The position numbers and the translations under genes are program-made. DNA of 64,000 nt from Octopus vulgaris (Eukaryota): NCBI GenBank assembly GCA_951406725.2, contig OX597821.1, forward strand, positions 21,762,001 to 21,826,000, written 5' to 3'. Of this stretch, positions 1-12,730 are shown one piece after another. Positions within the stretch are counted from its first letter, which is position 1. Each line of letters starts with the position of its first letter. The notes under the pieces are model-generated. The model saw only the letters and a list, made by a program, of their open reading frames with translations, did no database searches and was not told the DNA's origin.

Positions 1-33
1 CGACCTTAGCATCGAATTCAGAATTCATCCAAC

Positions 34-403
34 GCCGGAGCCATGACACATATGCCTCCTACAGACACACACACATGCTGGAGCAATGTCACATATGCCC
101 CCTACACACACATGCTGGAGGATGTAATATGCCCCCTACACACACATGCTGGAGTCATGTAACATAATGCCCTTACACATACGCACACACATTGGAGCCA
201 TGTCACATATAACCCCTGCACACACACACACGCTGGAGCTATGTAACATGTGCTCACTACACATACAAACACACACTAGAGCCATGTAACATATGGCCCC
301 TACACACACACACACACACACATACACACGCACAAACACGCTGCAGCCATGTAACATATGCCTCCCCACCCCAGCACACACACACACACAGACATACACA
401 CAT
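34..403. repeat. Minisatellite, ~8 units of GCTGGAGCCATGTAACATATGCCCCTA(CA)n
   Basis: Recurrent core gctggagccatgtaacatatg followed by a variable CA tract, units about 35-60 bp. Confidence 0.85.
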
Positions 404-404
404 G

Positions 405-600
405 CAAAAACATTTCAAGCTTACAACACATAAATTCACGGTAATAAATTTTCTTTTTCTCGGGTTCTGCTCTATTCAACATTATCTCAAAATAAATTAA
501 AGATCTCATCATCTTCAAACGATAGCTGGACAAATTTCTTCAAGGGATACCAGTTAATCCACCCACACCTAGATACATCTCTCTTAATAACAACTCCCTG
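405..600 (+). mobile_element. CR1-group LINE 3' end fragment, degenerate
   Basis: Translates FSGSALFNIISK*IKD...IFKR*LDKFLQGIPVNPPTPRYISLNNNSL, matching the LFN.LP / FK..LD.FL..IPD.P / NSL C-terminus of CR1-like ORF2. Confidence 0.6.
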
Positions 601-611
601 ATTCTGTTCTA

Positions 612-921
612 CTCAAGGCATACGGCCCGAAATTTTTGGGGAGGGAGCCAGTCGATTGGATCAGCTCCAGTACACAGCTGGTACTCAATTTATCAACCCC
701 GAAGGGATAAAAGCAAAGTCAACCTCGGCGGAATCTGAACTCAGAACGTAAAGACCTATTTCTTTACTACCCACAAGGGGCTAAACATAGAGGGGACGAA
801 CAAGGACAGACAAACGGATTAAGTCAATTATATCGACCCTAATGCGTAACTGGTACTTATTTAATCGACCCCGAAAGGATGAATGGCAAAGTCGACCTCC
901 GCGGAATTTGGACTCAGAACG
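612..921 (-). mobile_element. SINE family A, two abutting partial copies
   Basis: Reverse complement carries gttctgagttcaaattccgccgaggtcgactttgcctttcatcctttcggggtcgat and the tail agccccttgtgggtagtaaagaaatagg seen in many other copies. Confidence 0.85.
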
Positions 922-978
922 TACTTCAGCTTTATTATTATTCTTATTTTAGTATTCTTATTTTAGTGTACTTTGTTT

Positions 979-1019
979 GAAACATTTCGTCACACATCCT
1001 GTGACTTCATCAGCGACTC
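979..1019 (-). ncRNA. Degenerate hammerhead-ribozyme-like motif
   Basis: Minus strand CTGATGA-a-gtcaca-ggatg-tgtgac-GAAA; stem II intact, stem I poorly paired. Confidence 0.4.
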
Positions 1020-1043
1020 TCAATTCCACATGACTCCTCCTAT

Positions 1044-1880
<837 letters not shown>

Positions 1881-1927
1881 TATATATATATAGGTGAGAA
1901 AGTTGGTCTGTGAAAGCATGTGGTATT

Positions 1928-1961
<34 letters not shown>

Positions 1962-1963
<2 letters not shown>

Positions 1964-2083
1964 TATCCATTCACAAGGTTCTGGTCAGCCCGAGGCTATA
2001 GTAAAAGATCCATGCAGCGGGACTGGACCCGGAACCATGTAATTGGGAAGCAAACTTCTTACCACGCAGCCACGCCTGTGCCT
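1962..2083 (-). mobile_element. SINE family B, 5' part
   Basis: Reverse complement matches the head of copies at 19977 and 45339. Confidence 0.75.
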
Positions 2084-2774
2084 ATCTAAGTTTTATTATC
2101 TAATGACTAATTTGACAATCATTTCATTAACAGCAAACGAACACACAATACGATAGTTATCTTCTGGTTTGTTACAGTTACTCATTTTGGTGAGACCGTA
2201 AATAATTTCAGGTGTATTTTAGTGTGAAATAACTAAATAAGTACCATCTAGTGTTGCATAAAACCTCACAATCGCCAAACTGAGATGAATCTTCCTTTTC
2301 TACAAACAGTAGCGGAGGAACTAATAAACAGTTTTAGCGATTCCAATACTGTGGAGATTAGTATAAAAATATATGATGAATGACAGCAATACGTTTTTTG
2401 AATCGAACAAGCTATTTGATTATCTGTTACAGTCGTACAATTAAATCATACTTATATATAGGATACAAAAAAATAGAATAACAATAAAGCGAAGATAAAA
2501 AGAAGATATAAAATTAGCAGAGAGGAAATAACTAAATTATGATATTGTTTTTGTCAAACATTTTTCATTATTCGTGTTGGTTAAGAAAATATTTCTATAT
2601 TAGATTTAAGGGAACTTTGCCGATATTGAGTTTATGGATGGAATTACATCGCTGTATATCGTTTCTTACTTTTGTCCGTTTACAATATTAAACTTATTTC
2701 TTGTAAAATAAGTATCTTTCTTGAAAGCATTGCGCTTAATGCTTCGTCATAAAATATATGCATGGTTATAAAAT

Positions 2775-3049
2775 ATGTGCGTGTGCGTGTGTGTGCATAT
2801 ATATATGTGTGTGTGTGTGTATATGTATGAGTGTGTATATGTATATGTGTGTGTATATGTATATATGTGTGTGTGTATATGTATATATGTGTGTGTGTAT
2901 ATGTATATATGTGTGTGTGTATATGTATATATGTGTGTGTGTATATATATGTATGTGTGTGTATGTATATATATGTGTTTGTGTGTATATGTATATATAT
3001 ATGTGTGTATATATATGTGTTATATGTCTATATATACATACACACACAC

Positions 3050-3100
<51 letters not shown>

Positions 3101-3188
3101 ATGTGGGGATGTTTCTGTGTGCGCCTGCTTATATATGCGTTTGCGAACATATACACTGCGATGTCGGGGTTGACATAAACATACAGAC

Positions 3189-3232
<44 letters not shown>

Positions 3233-3317
3233 TACATACATACATACATGCATACATGCATACATACATACATGCATACATACATACATACATACATACA
3301 TACATACATACATACGT
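2775..3317. repeat. Compound (TG/TA)n, (TA)n, (CATA)n microsatellite
   Basis: Direct reading. Confidence 0.9.
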
Positions 3318-3769
3318 ATTTCCATATATCATCCACCTATGCAATGAATCGATAGTCTTTCAACCTCGCTCTTTATCCCCGCATATCTCATCCCCTCTCA
3401 CCTTCTCCCCTGTGTCTCTCTCCCTCTTTCACGCTTTCTATTTCTTTCTCCCTCTTCCCCTTCCCCTCTCTCTCATCCTTCTCCCTACTTGAACTATAAA
3501 CTCAACGAATGAAAGCCAAACAGGATCACACGAGTTCAATCAACGGTAAACCCAGGAGGAACAAACAAACTAGTTTGCATATCTTATTGATTTCGAATCG
3601 AAAAATGCGTAGCGTGAGGTAATGGTGGTGGTGGTGGTGGTGGAGGGGGGTCGACAGTAGTAGTGGGGGGAGGGGTCACTGAAATAATCTTTGTTGTGAG
3701 GGTCGGAGCTGAGTGAAGTCACAGTACTGATCTTGATGGACATCAGCGTCGTGTTCACGCAGTGGTGGT

Positions 3770-4429
3770 AGTGGCGGCGGTGGCAGCGGTGGTGGTGGTG
3801 GTGATTATGGTGGTGTTGGGGTGTTGGTGGTCGTGGTCGTGGTCGTCGTGGCTGTAGTGGTGGTGGTTTCAGTGGTGGTGATGACGATGACCATGGCTAT
3901 ACTCACGACGACGATGATGATGAGGATGATGATGATGATGATAATAGTGATGATGATGATGATGATGATGACGATGCTGACGATGATGATGACGATAATT
4001 CACCTTGTAGTTAGTAGCGGCGGCAGTTTTAACGACAGTGAAACGGTGAAGTCATAAGCCACGTGGTCGGGTGGTTTAGTGTTGCGTATAATAAGCATGG
4101 ACTGGTGTGATATGCTGTGATATCGTGCGAGATAGTATGGGAACTTTATGGCAAGATGTGGTATGGCATGATATGCTGTAGTATGGTGCAGTGATGGTAC
4201 TACGGTCATGGCATGGTACTACGGTCATGGCAGTTGTAGTATTGGTTATACGATGGTGATGGAGGCGAATGTGTAGGCGAGATTGTAGAGGTGTACGGCT
4301 TCATAGTTATTTCACTGGCATTCTAATTTCAGTAAATCAACGTAATGTGTAATTACCTCCGCTCGGAGAAGAGTGTGATTGCAGTAACGGCGAGTGTAGC
4401 GGTGGTGGTGGTGGCGGCGGTGGTGGTGG

Positions 4430-4460
<31 letters not shown>

Positions 4461-4716
4461 GTGGTGGTGGTGGCGGTGGTGGTGGTGGTGGTGGTGGTGG
4501 TGGTGGTGGTGGCGGTGCTGGTGGTGCTGGTGGTGGTGGTGGTGGTGGTGGTGGTGGTGGTGGCGTCGGTGGTGGTGGTGGTGGTGGTGGTGGTGGTGGT
4601 GGTAGTGGTGGTGGTGGTGTTGATGATGCTGGTGGCGGCGGCGGCAGCGGTGGTGCTGATGGTGGTGGTGATGGTGGTGGCGGCGGCGGTGGCGGTGGCG
4701 GTGGTGGTGGTGGTGT
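3770..4716. repeat. (GGT)n/(GAT)n trinucleotide low-complexity block
   Basis: Direct reading; includes a 19-bp tandem duplication tggtactacggtcatggca near 4195-4232. Confidence 0.85.
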
Positions 4717-4736
4717 TGACAATGATGGTAAGATTA

Positions 4737-4921
4737 ATTTCAAATTTTGACACAAGGCCAGCACGTTCGAGGCTTGGCCTAAGTCCATTACATCATCTTC
4801 AGTGCTCACCTGGTACTTTTTTTTACCGGCCTCTGCAGAATTTGATTCAGAACTTAGATCCGGACGAAATGCCGCTAAGCATTTTGCCCGGTGTGCTAAC
4901 GATTCTGCCACCTAGCCGCCT
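4737..4921 (-). mobile_element. SINE family A, degenerate
   Basis: gaaatgccgctaagcattttgcccggtgtgctaacgattctgcc is the reverse complement of the family A head. Confidence 0.7.
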
Positions 4922-4956
4922 TAAATATAATAATAATGATATTAATAATAATAATA

Positions 4957-4989
<33 letters not shown>

Positions 4990-4990
<1 letters not shown>

Positions 4991-5770
4991 TAAAGCAAAG
5001 GACTCAAACCAGAAACTGAAGGATTTTTAATTGCAACACAAGACCAAAGCCTCCCCACCAGAAAATACCAAAAACATACAATGAAAAAAAAATAAGTAAC
5101 TGCGGAATATGTGGAGATGGACAAGAAACAATAAATCATATTATCTCTGGGTACCCAGTCCTGACTAAGAAGGAATATATTCACAGACACGGCAGTGTTG
5201 GGACCTACATACACTGGAAGCTATGCCAACACTATGGAATAACAACAGAAAACAGATGGTATAAGCACACGCACACGCCAGAAAAGGTCACAGAAAACGA
5301 GAAAGCAATCATATTATGGGATATGCCAATACACACATATAGAGAAATTAAGGCCAATAGGCCAGATATAGTTGTCAGAGATCAAGAAGAAAAAAATGCG
5401 TTCTAATTGATGTATCAATACCAGCAGATGACAACGTTTCTCTAAAAGAAATGGAGAAACTTTCAAAATAAAAAGACCTGGAAATAGTGGTTACTTGAAT
5501 GAGGAATCTGAAAACAAACAAATCCTATCATAGTGGGCGCATTAGGTTATGATAAAAAAATATTCAGACAGCTACTACATAACAAAAACACCAGGTCTTA
5601 CAAATATATACAACATACAGAAAATTGCACTACTGGGCACTGCACACGCAAAACACTTTCAATAGAGTAACCATAAGAGGATCACAGCAAACCAGAGCAC
5701 ATATCCAAGGCACACAGAGCTGTGCTCGGTAGTGAAGTGAAAGCACGTTATAAAGATAAAACTACTGAAT
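4990..5770 (+). mobile_element. R4/Dong-type non-LTR retrotransposon 3' end (CCHC knuckle plus restriction-like endonuclease), frameshifted
   Basis: LKPETEGFLIATQDQSL...CGICGDGQETINHIISG...ILWDMPIHT.REIKANRPDIVVRD.EEKKC.LIDVSIPADDNVSLKEMEKLSK...IVGALG...IQKIALLGTAH; short 3' UTR runs into (TGA)n(TAA)n. Confidence 0.85.
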
Positions 5771-5801
5771 GATGGTGATGATGATGATGATGATGATGAT
5801 G

Positions 5802-5838
<37 letters not shown>

Positions 5839-5839
<1 letters not shown>

Positions 5840-6021
5840 CCTTTCTACTGGAAGCACAATTTGGGGAAAGGATTAAGTCGATTACATTGACACCAGTGCG
5901 TAACTGGTACTTATTTAATCGACTCCGAAAGGGTGAAAGGCAAAGTCGACCTCGTCTGAATTTGAACTCTGAGCTAAATATTTCGCCCTGCGTTTTAACG
6001 ATTCCGCCAGCTCACCGCCTT
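5839..6021 (-). mobile_element. SINE family A
   Basis: Family A core on the minus strand. Confidence 0.8.
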
Positions 6022-6029
6022 AATACTAT

Positions 6030-6790
6030 TCTAGTCAACATCCGCTGCTTACAGCAGTGTTTGGAAGGAAAGTTTATAGCGTGTGATCGTTGCATAACCA
6101 TGACAGAGAAAGCTCTCATGGTGATACTTGCTCAGAGGCCTACGCAAATTTGCAGAAAGTGCATGAGCTGCACACAAGTGTATGAATGGTTCAGATGTTT
6201 CTAAGACGGCCGAAAAGATGTCGATATTAACGAACGTTCTTTGAGACCCGCAACCAACAGAACTGAGAAAAGCATCGCAGATATGAATGCAGTTGGGGGG
6301 GGGGGGAATCGTCGAATCACCATCCGTGAGTTATCCGATGATATGCAGATTAGTTACGGTTCAGTTCAGTCCATTATCACTGAAGATTTGGGTATGAGAA
6401 GCGTGTCTGCCAAGGTTGTACGAGGATTGCTTTCAGCTGACCAAAAAGACACTCGGGGTTTCAATTGCACAAGATCTCCTTGATTGTGTCGAGAAGGATG
6501 AAAGCTTTCTTGAAAACTTTGCGTAGGCCTCTGGGCAGGTATTGCCAAGCTTTTGGCAAAATTTTATGCAGATTTTCTACCCAACTTTCTCTATCTTTGT
6601 CAATGCGACGATCAGACGCTACACACCTTCCTTCCAAGCACTGCTGTAAACAGCGAAAGTGAGATAAACGTTAAAACTTAGTGCGTATACAAAACAGAGT
6701 TCAAGGTCAATCTTTGCCAAGTGGCTTCAATCTGCGTGCACTAGCTTTCTTACTATGGCGACAGGCTGGACATTTATTGATCAGACCACG
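6030..6790 (+). mobile_element. Non-autonomous mariner derivative built from two inverted 5' ends
   Basis: Transposase N-terminus QVYEWFR.F.DGR..V....R..RP...RRITIREL...ISYGSVQSII.EDLGMR.VSAK (6100-6520), then an inverted copy of the 5' region ending in TIR ...ttattgatcagaccacg plus TA. Confidence 0.75.
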
Positions 6791-6889
6791 TATGCTTCGA
6801 TTTACTTAAGTTCACGCATGTATAACTGCGTGTTTATATATATATATAAATAAATAAAATATATATATATATATATACATGCATATACA

Positions 6890-6938
<49 letters not shown>

Positions 6939-7047
6939 TTGTAAGTATATGTGAGTATGTATATACATACATACACTTATATATATGTATATATATATAT
7001 ATATATACATACATATATTTATATATACATATATATGCATATATTTG

Positions 7048-7143
7048 TATGAGCTGCACACAAGTGTATGAGTGGTTCAGACGTTTACAAGATGGCCGAA
7101 AACTGTCGATAATAACGAACGTTCTGGCAACCAACAGAAGTGA
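7048..7143 (+). mobile_element. ~100-bp mariner transposase fragment embedded in (TA)n
   Basis: Diverged second copy of 6163-6265 ([18 protein letters not shown]). Confidence 0.75.
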
Positions 7144-7289
7144 ATTTATATATTTATATAGATATCTATACATCTGTCTCTCTATATATAGTTAGATGTA
7201 TATTTATGTGTGTGTGTACTTAACTGTGTGCGTGTTAGTGTGTGTGTATGTATGTTTGCGTGTGTGTGTGTAAGTTGACTTCGCTATAT

Positions 7290-7570
7290 GACTTGGCTAT
7301 ATTTGTTTCTGTGGAGACATTTGTATGTTACTCCTACCGCACTGCTTCAGTGTTTTGATGTATTTAGCATAAGATACTGTTCAGTAGAGGTTTCTAGTGA
7401 CATTGAAATAGTGTTTACTTTGCATTTTAGTTGACCAACTGGTGTTGAAATTGTTGGGGCAATCTTTTAATTGACATATGTAGGTAGACAGGATTGTGGC
7501 ATTCCTCCTGTCTGTTTTTTTCTGAAGCTGTGGTCTAGTGATAAAAGTTCATGAAGATATACTTGCTTAT
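7290..7570 (-). mobile_element. Penelope-like GIY-YIG C-terminal remnant, degenerate
   Basis: LDHSF...NATILSTYICQLKD.....NTSW...KCLHRNKY resembles the H..SF / T.LS.YIW.LK / KCRH.NK pattern of PLE endonucleases. Confidence 0.5.
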
Positions 7571-7785
7571 ATATTACTGAATTTTATAGTTGTTTGTGAT
7601 CCAAAGTTGGTAGACGCGTAATATGGCATTAATAAACACTGGCAGAATAGTAGCCATTACCACTATTTTTACTTCTCCCGCTTTGTATTTTCTGCAATTT
7701 TTGTTTCTATTTTTGTCACATAACCCAGCTTCTGATGAAGTAAAAGTATTTGAATACCGGGATATATAAGAAATTCGGTAATATA

Positions 7786-9075
7786 CGAGGGGCGTTCAAT
7801 AAGTAATGCCCCTGACCCACTTCCCATAGTAGTAGAGCAACGAAACTTGGCACAGTTATTAGTCCTTTTTTACATAGGAACCACCCAGAGTTACGCATTT
7901 CTCCCATCGTTTGATGCGGCTCTGGAGACCGTTTTTGTAGAAGAACCCAGCTTGGTCCTCCAACCTCAACGTGTCTTCAGAAATCAAGGCTGCATCATCT
8001 GGGAAACGCTTTCCTTTCAAAAACAACTTCATGATTGGGAAGAGGTGAAAATTAGAGGGTGCAAGGTCAGGAAAGTAGGGGGGATTGGGAGGAGTTCATA
8101 GCCATACGCCTGTGCTTCTGATCTGGCGACAAGCGAGTTGTGGACCGGAGCGTTGTCCTGCAGGAGGAGGATGTCTTTGCTGATCTTGCCCCGCCTCTTG
8201 ATTTTGATAACTTCTCTTAATTTCCTCAAAAGTGAAGCATTATAGGCTCCTGCAATTTTGGTACCCTTTGCCAGGAAATCTGTCATCACTACTCCCTCCT
8301 GGTCCCAGAAGACTGTGAGCATGACCTTGCCAGCGGAGGGCTGCACCCTTGCCTTCTTTGGAGGGGTGAGTCACGGTGCTTCCACTGCATTGACTGGGCT
8401 TTGGTCTCTGGATCATCGTGATGGACCCAGGTTTCATCCTGTGTAATCAGTCTTTTGAAAAATTTTGACTCATCTTCTTGGCACATCTCCAAATTCACCC
8501 TCGAGCACTCTACGCGATCTTGCTTCTGGAAAGGCGTGAGCAACCTGGGAATCTATCTGGCAGACACCTTTTGCATATGCAAATGGTCATGAATGATAGT
8601 TTCCACAGACCCGGTACTAATCTTGACCTCATGGGCTATTTGGCGAATAGTTATGCGTCGATCTTCCAAAATGGCAGTCTCAACATGACGGACAGATGCC
8701 TCATCAATGGCAGAAGGGGGCGACCAGATCTGGGAGCTGTTTCCACAGAGTTCCGACCATGTTTGAATTCACGATGCCAGCGTTTTACAAGGTCATATGA
8801 TGGGGCATCATCACCATAAGTTACTTTCATTTCATCAAAAGTCTCCCGTGGTGTGCGTCCTTTCAAATACAAAAACCGGATCACTGCTCGACACTCAACA
8901 GGCTCCATTTCACACTTGACTCGGTTCGAACACCTGTAAATCAGAAACCACAATTAATTCAGAGCTGTAATTTGCCACTTACTCTTTAGAGATATAAATG
9001 ATTGTACATGCAAAATTTCAGCTAGATCAAATAACTGCAAGTGGGTCAGAGGCATTACTTATTGAACGTCCCTCG
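7786..9075 (-). mobile_element. Full-length mariner (Tc1/mariner) DNA transposon, 1290 bp
   Basis: 37-bp TIRs cgaggggcgttcaataagtaatgcccctgacccactt with 2 mismatches; TA target duplications at 7784-7785 and 9076-9077. Confidence 0.95.
7858..8908 (-). pseudogene. Mariner transposase pseudogene
   Basis: MEPVECRAVIRFL...RSGRP; ITQDETWVHH; SAGKVMLTVFWD; LLQDNAPVH; PDLAPSNFHLF (third catalytic D reads N); split across several frames. Confidence 0.9.
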
Positions 9076-9775
9076 TACAACCACCCGAAATGAGTAGACG
9101 ACCAACAGAAAATAGCTTTGGAATAAGTCAAATTTTAGCGTTTCCATTTCTCCTTTCTCAGTGCATTTTATGATGCGACGAGAAAACAAATCACCAGTTT
9201 CGAACTGAGATGTATCATTTTAATCCAGGCACTAATATTAAATAAACCTTAATTATTTGTCACTTGAATCGTCTGAATAGTTTAAAACTGTTTTCACGAA
9301 TTGGAGTCAATGCGAATTTTATAATTTTTTTTTTTTTTTGGACTGTGATTGATTTTATGTGGAAGAATTGTTAATTGCACGAGGTTAGAACGCAACTCAT
9401 ATTCTTCCTCTGATTTTTGCGCCAGGAGTTCTCCATACTAGGACTGAGAGTAGTCTTATCCGTGAATTCGCTTTTTTGTAGGGCGTTATTGTAGTTTCTT
9501 TATGGTTTCATCAGATGTCGCTCCATCTGAGGATATTTTAAATTCTTCTACTTTCATTTTGCACACTATACTTTTGAATACAATCTACGAATGTCTACTG
9601 GCCTCTCTCTTTCTCTCTCTCTCACACACACTCTGTCTCTCTCTCTCTCTCTTTCTCTCTTTCACCCTCTCTCTCACCTTTTTTCTTACCCTCTCTTTCT
9701 TTCTCTTTCTCTCTATCTCCCTTTCTCTAAATATATATATATGTATATATATGCATATATATATGTGTGTGTGTG

Positions 9776-9831
<56 letters not shown>

Positions 9832-9833
<2 letters not shown>

Positions 9834-10511
9834 CTAGCAGTAATACCCGTCGTTCATCGGATAATTACTTTTACTCTTTCTCAGGAGTCACATTCAAAGT
9901 ATTATTATATGTATAATAGATTTCTCAACGGGGATTTCAGGGGAGAGTTTCAGGGAGTCGCTGGCGATGTATCGTGATGATCAAAAATCCGGCCTGCTGA
10001 AATTTGGTTAAAGTGATTGAAACTGCAGACTCAACGCAAAATGGTCACATTTAATTCAAAGCGTTAAAAATGTTATGAAAACAATTGGTATGTGTTCACT
10101 ATGTCCAAACGATTAATACGAAAAAACCCTCCAGGCTACATCCCGAAAATTCATTTCTTTGCCGAATTTCTACAATTTTTACGACGATTCGTTTTTATAT
10201 CTTGATTTTTTATTTTTCATGCAATTTACGCGTGGTGAACACAGTTCACGTTAAACAGCTGACTGAGTAAAGTTCAATATTCAATGCATGGGATAAGGCC
10301 TAAACAAACACATTATCGATTTTTGCACTTGCGAGATGAATTTCGGAACAGAAATAGCGCAGTTCAATTTTCATTCGCCTAAACTTTAAGTGACTCATTT
10401 TTGGTGGTTCTACGATTTGTTGGCTAGGAGATGTGCCGGGAATTTAAACACACAGATACACACACATAGATACACACACAGACACACAAGTTGAGTTTTA
10501 TATATATAGAT
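9832..10511 (+). mobile_element. Non-autonomous Helentron/HINE-like element
   Basis: Begins tactagcagtaatacccgtcgtt, has a subterminal CA/CAGA microsatellite and ends ttttatatatatagat, the layout of DINE-1-like elements. Confidence 0.5.
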
Positions 10512-10589
10512 ATATATGCATACATATATATATGTAGATGTATGTATGTATTTACGTAGGCAAAACAATAACATCTTTCCTCCACTCTA

Positions 10590-11450
10590 GCGTTCTAGTG
10601 AGGGATAGTGGAGGGGAAGTGCGACGACGTTCTCGGAGAAACTCTAGGCGTCGACAAAGATCAGCTAACCGGTCTGCTTTGGAGAACTTTCAGGCCTGAG
10701 CCTATGGATAACTTCCAGAAATCCTTTGCCTGGCTATGCTACCGAAGGGTGCTGCCTGCTTGGGATAAATTTTGCAGGCACGGAAGCGCCGTTAGCCGGG
10801 CCTGCCCAAGGAGCACGCAGAGCGACGAAAAGCGTTCTGTGCACCCTCGTCCAGTGCCCTAGGATTGCTGACCGATGGGTTTATGTTGAACACTTGCTGT
10901 CGCGTGTAGGACAGATGCGGCTATCAGCTGAATCAATAATGAAGATTGCCCCACTGCCCTCCTTTTGGCGAGGTGGGGTAAGCAGTTTTTATTTGTCTAG
11001 TGTATGTAGCGAAAGAGGTAGTATGGAGGATTCGTTTGAAAGGGCCAAAGTCAGACACTTTCCTCTATGGTCAAGCCTTCGTCAACTTTTTCAAGTTTCA
11101 CTTGAAAAGGAAGTCTTGCCCTCTAGTGAGTTTGTTGAAAGATGGGTTACGGTTGAAAGAATGGCCAGTATGAAATTCTGAGTATAATTCTGAGTATACA
11201 CCTGTAAAGAAGTAAAATAAGGGTTCTTGCTCTGTTGACCAGGTATCTATGACTTTTGTGGAGTTTTCCACAAGTACCTTTAAAGCGTCCCTCGCCCCCT
11301 TTTGGGAGTTTTGTATTGTTTAATTGTCATTCTTATATATTGTTTACACGCGGAAAACCCTTTGCATCGTTTTGTGCTGTTTTTCATGTTGTTGCATATC
11401 TTTTAATGTTGTTTTATGTAAGCCCTTGTGGCTAATAAAGGAATAAGTAA
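10590..11450 (+). mobile_element. L1/Tx1-clade LINE 3' end (zf-RVT region plus 3' UTR), frameshifted
   Basis: W.CYR..LP..DK...HG....RACPR...SDE..V.H.LVQCP....W; T-rich UTR ending gcccttgtggctaataaagg. Confidence 0.7.
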
Positions 11451-11480
11451 TAACAATAATAATTATTATTATTGTTATTA

Positions 11481-11695
11481 TTGAGTAAGAGAGCAGTTCA
11501 TACCATCAAAGTGACAATGGGGTAAAACATACAAATCCCAGTATGCGCATCATAACTACCCGTCTGATAAGGGTACACCAGGCACATGCATCGCATCCAT
11601 ATGTGTGCGACGTGGCGATGTCATATCAATATAAACAGCACATGATCTTGCACGTGGGACCCAGTTAGAATTTTCTTCAGGTTGAGTAGCCCAAC
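11481..11695 (-). mobile_element. Element D, 5'-truncated copy
   Basis: Matches the 3' part of 43368-43907 and ends in (TAA)n. Confidence 0.8.
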
Positions 11696-11765
11696 CATTA
11701 TTGTTGTTGTTGCTGTTTGTTTTTGTTGTTGTTGCTACTGTTGCTGCTGCTGCGGCTGTTACTGA

Positions 11766-11970
11766 AGCGGTGAGCTGATAGAATCGTTAACACACCGGGC
11801 AAAATCCTTAGCGACCATCTTGTCGTTCTGAGTTCAAATTCCGCCGCGGCCGACTTTGCACTTCATCATTTCTGAGTCGATAAAATAAGTACCAGTTGAG
11901 TACTGGACCGGTTTAATCGACTTAACCCCTTCCACCAAAACTGGTGGCCTTGTACTAAAACTTGAAACCA
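11766..11970 (+). mobile_element. SINE family A
   Basis: Head gcggtgagctg...gaatcgtta, B-box-like gagttcaaattcc, family core. Confidence 0.8.
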
Positions 11971-12059
11971 CTATTATTCTTTTTTTCATTGACACATTTG
12001 TTCTGGCAGATGTTATACCGACACTATACCAAAAAAAAACGCGAGCCATATCGAATGGT

Positions 12060-12425
12060 CATTACTTCAACTTTCTAACACATTCCTTAGAATGCTTACT
12101 GTTCCTAGCAAGGTTATCGTCTGCAACAGCCATGTTCTGATGATAATTCCTAGCTTCTCAAGCCATGCATACAGTCTTTTACTAACTGCTACCAGAGCAC
12201 TAACCACAATGGGACCAACTCCTACGAGCCTGATTCTTCATACGCTCCTGATTCTCCACTTCAGCTCCTGATATTTTTCCACGTTCTCACTTGCCTTCTC
12301 ATTCACTGTGGTCGCACAGTGAAGCAATACTCGTAATAATTACCTCGCTCTTCTTTTCTACAAAAATAAAATGGTCACACTGGATGGTTATGTCCTATAC
12401 GATCTTATATTGTTCATTTTCACCA
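12060..12425 (-). mobile_element. Older RLE-type (R4/Dong-like) LINE 3' fragment
   Basis: ENEQYKI..D.TIQCDH...VEKYQELKWRI...PIVVSAL..VSKRL..WLEKLGI.....LLQ..TLLGTVSILRNVL; borders (TTA)n. Confidence 0.65.
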
Positions 12426-12436
12426 ACTTATTATTA

Positions 12437-12716
<280 letters not shown>

Positions 12717-12730
12717 TTATTATTATTATG

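Noticed and set aside
34-403. CRISPR-like repeat-spacer appearance
   Set aside because: The spacers are just CA tracts, the repeats are degenerate, there are no cas genes and the context is eukaryotic
4312-4911. Poly-Pro/His ORF resembling a formin or extensin
   Set aside because: A (GGT)n microsatellite joined to SINE sequence; no splice or domain support
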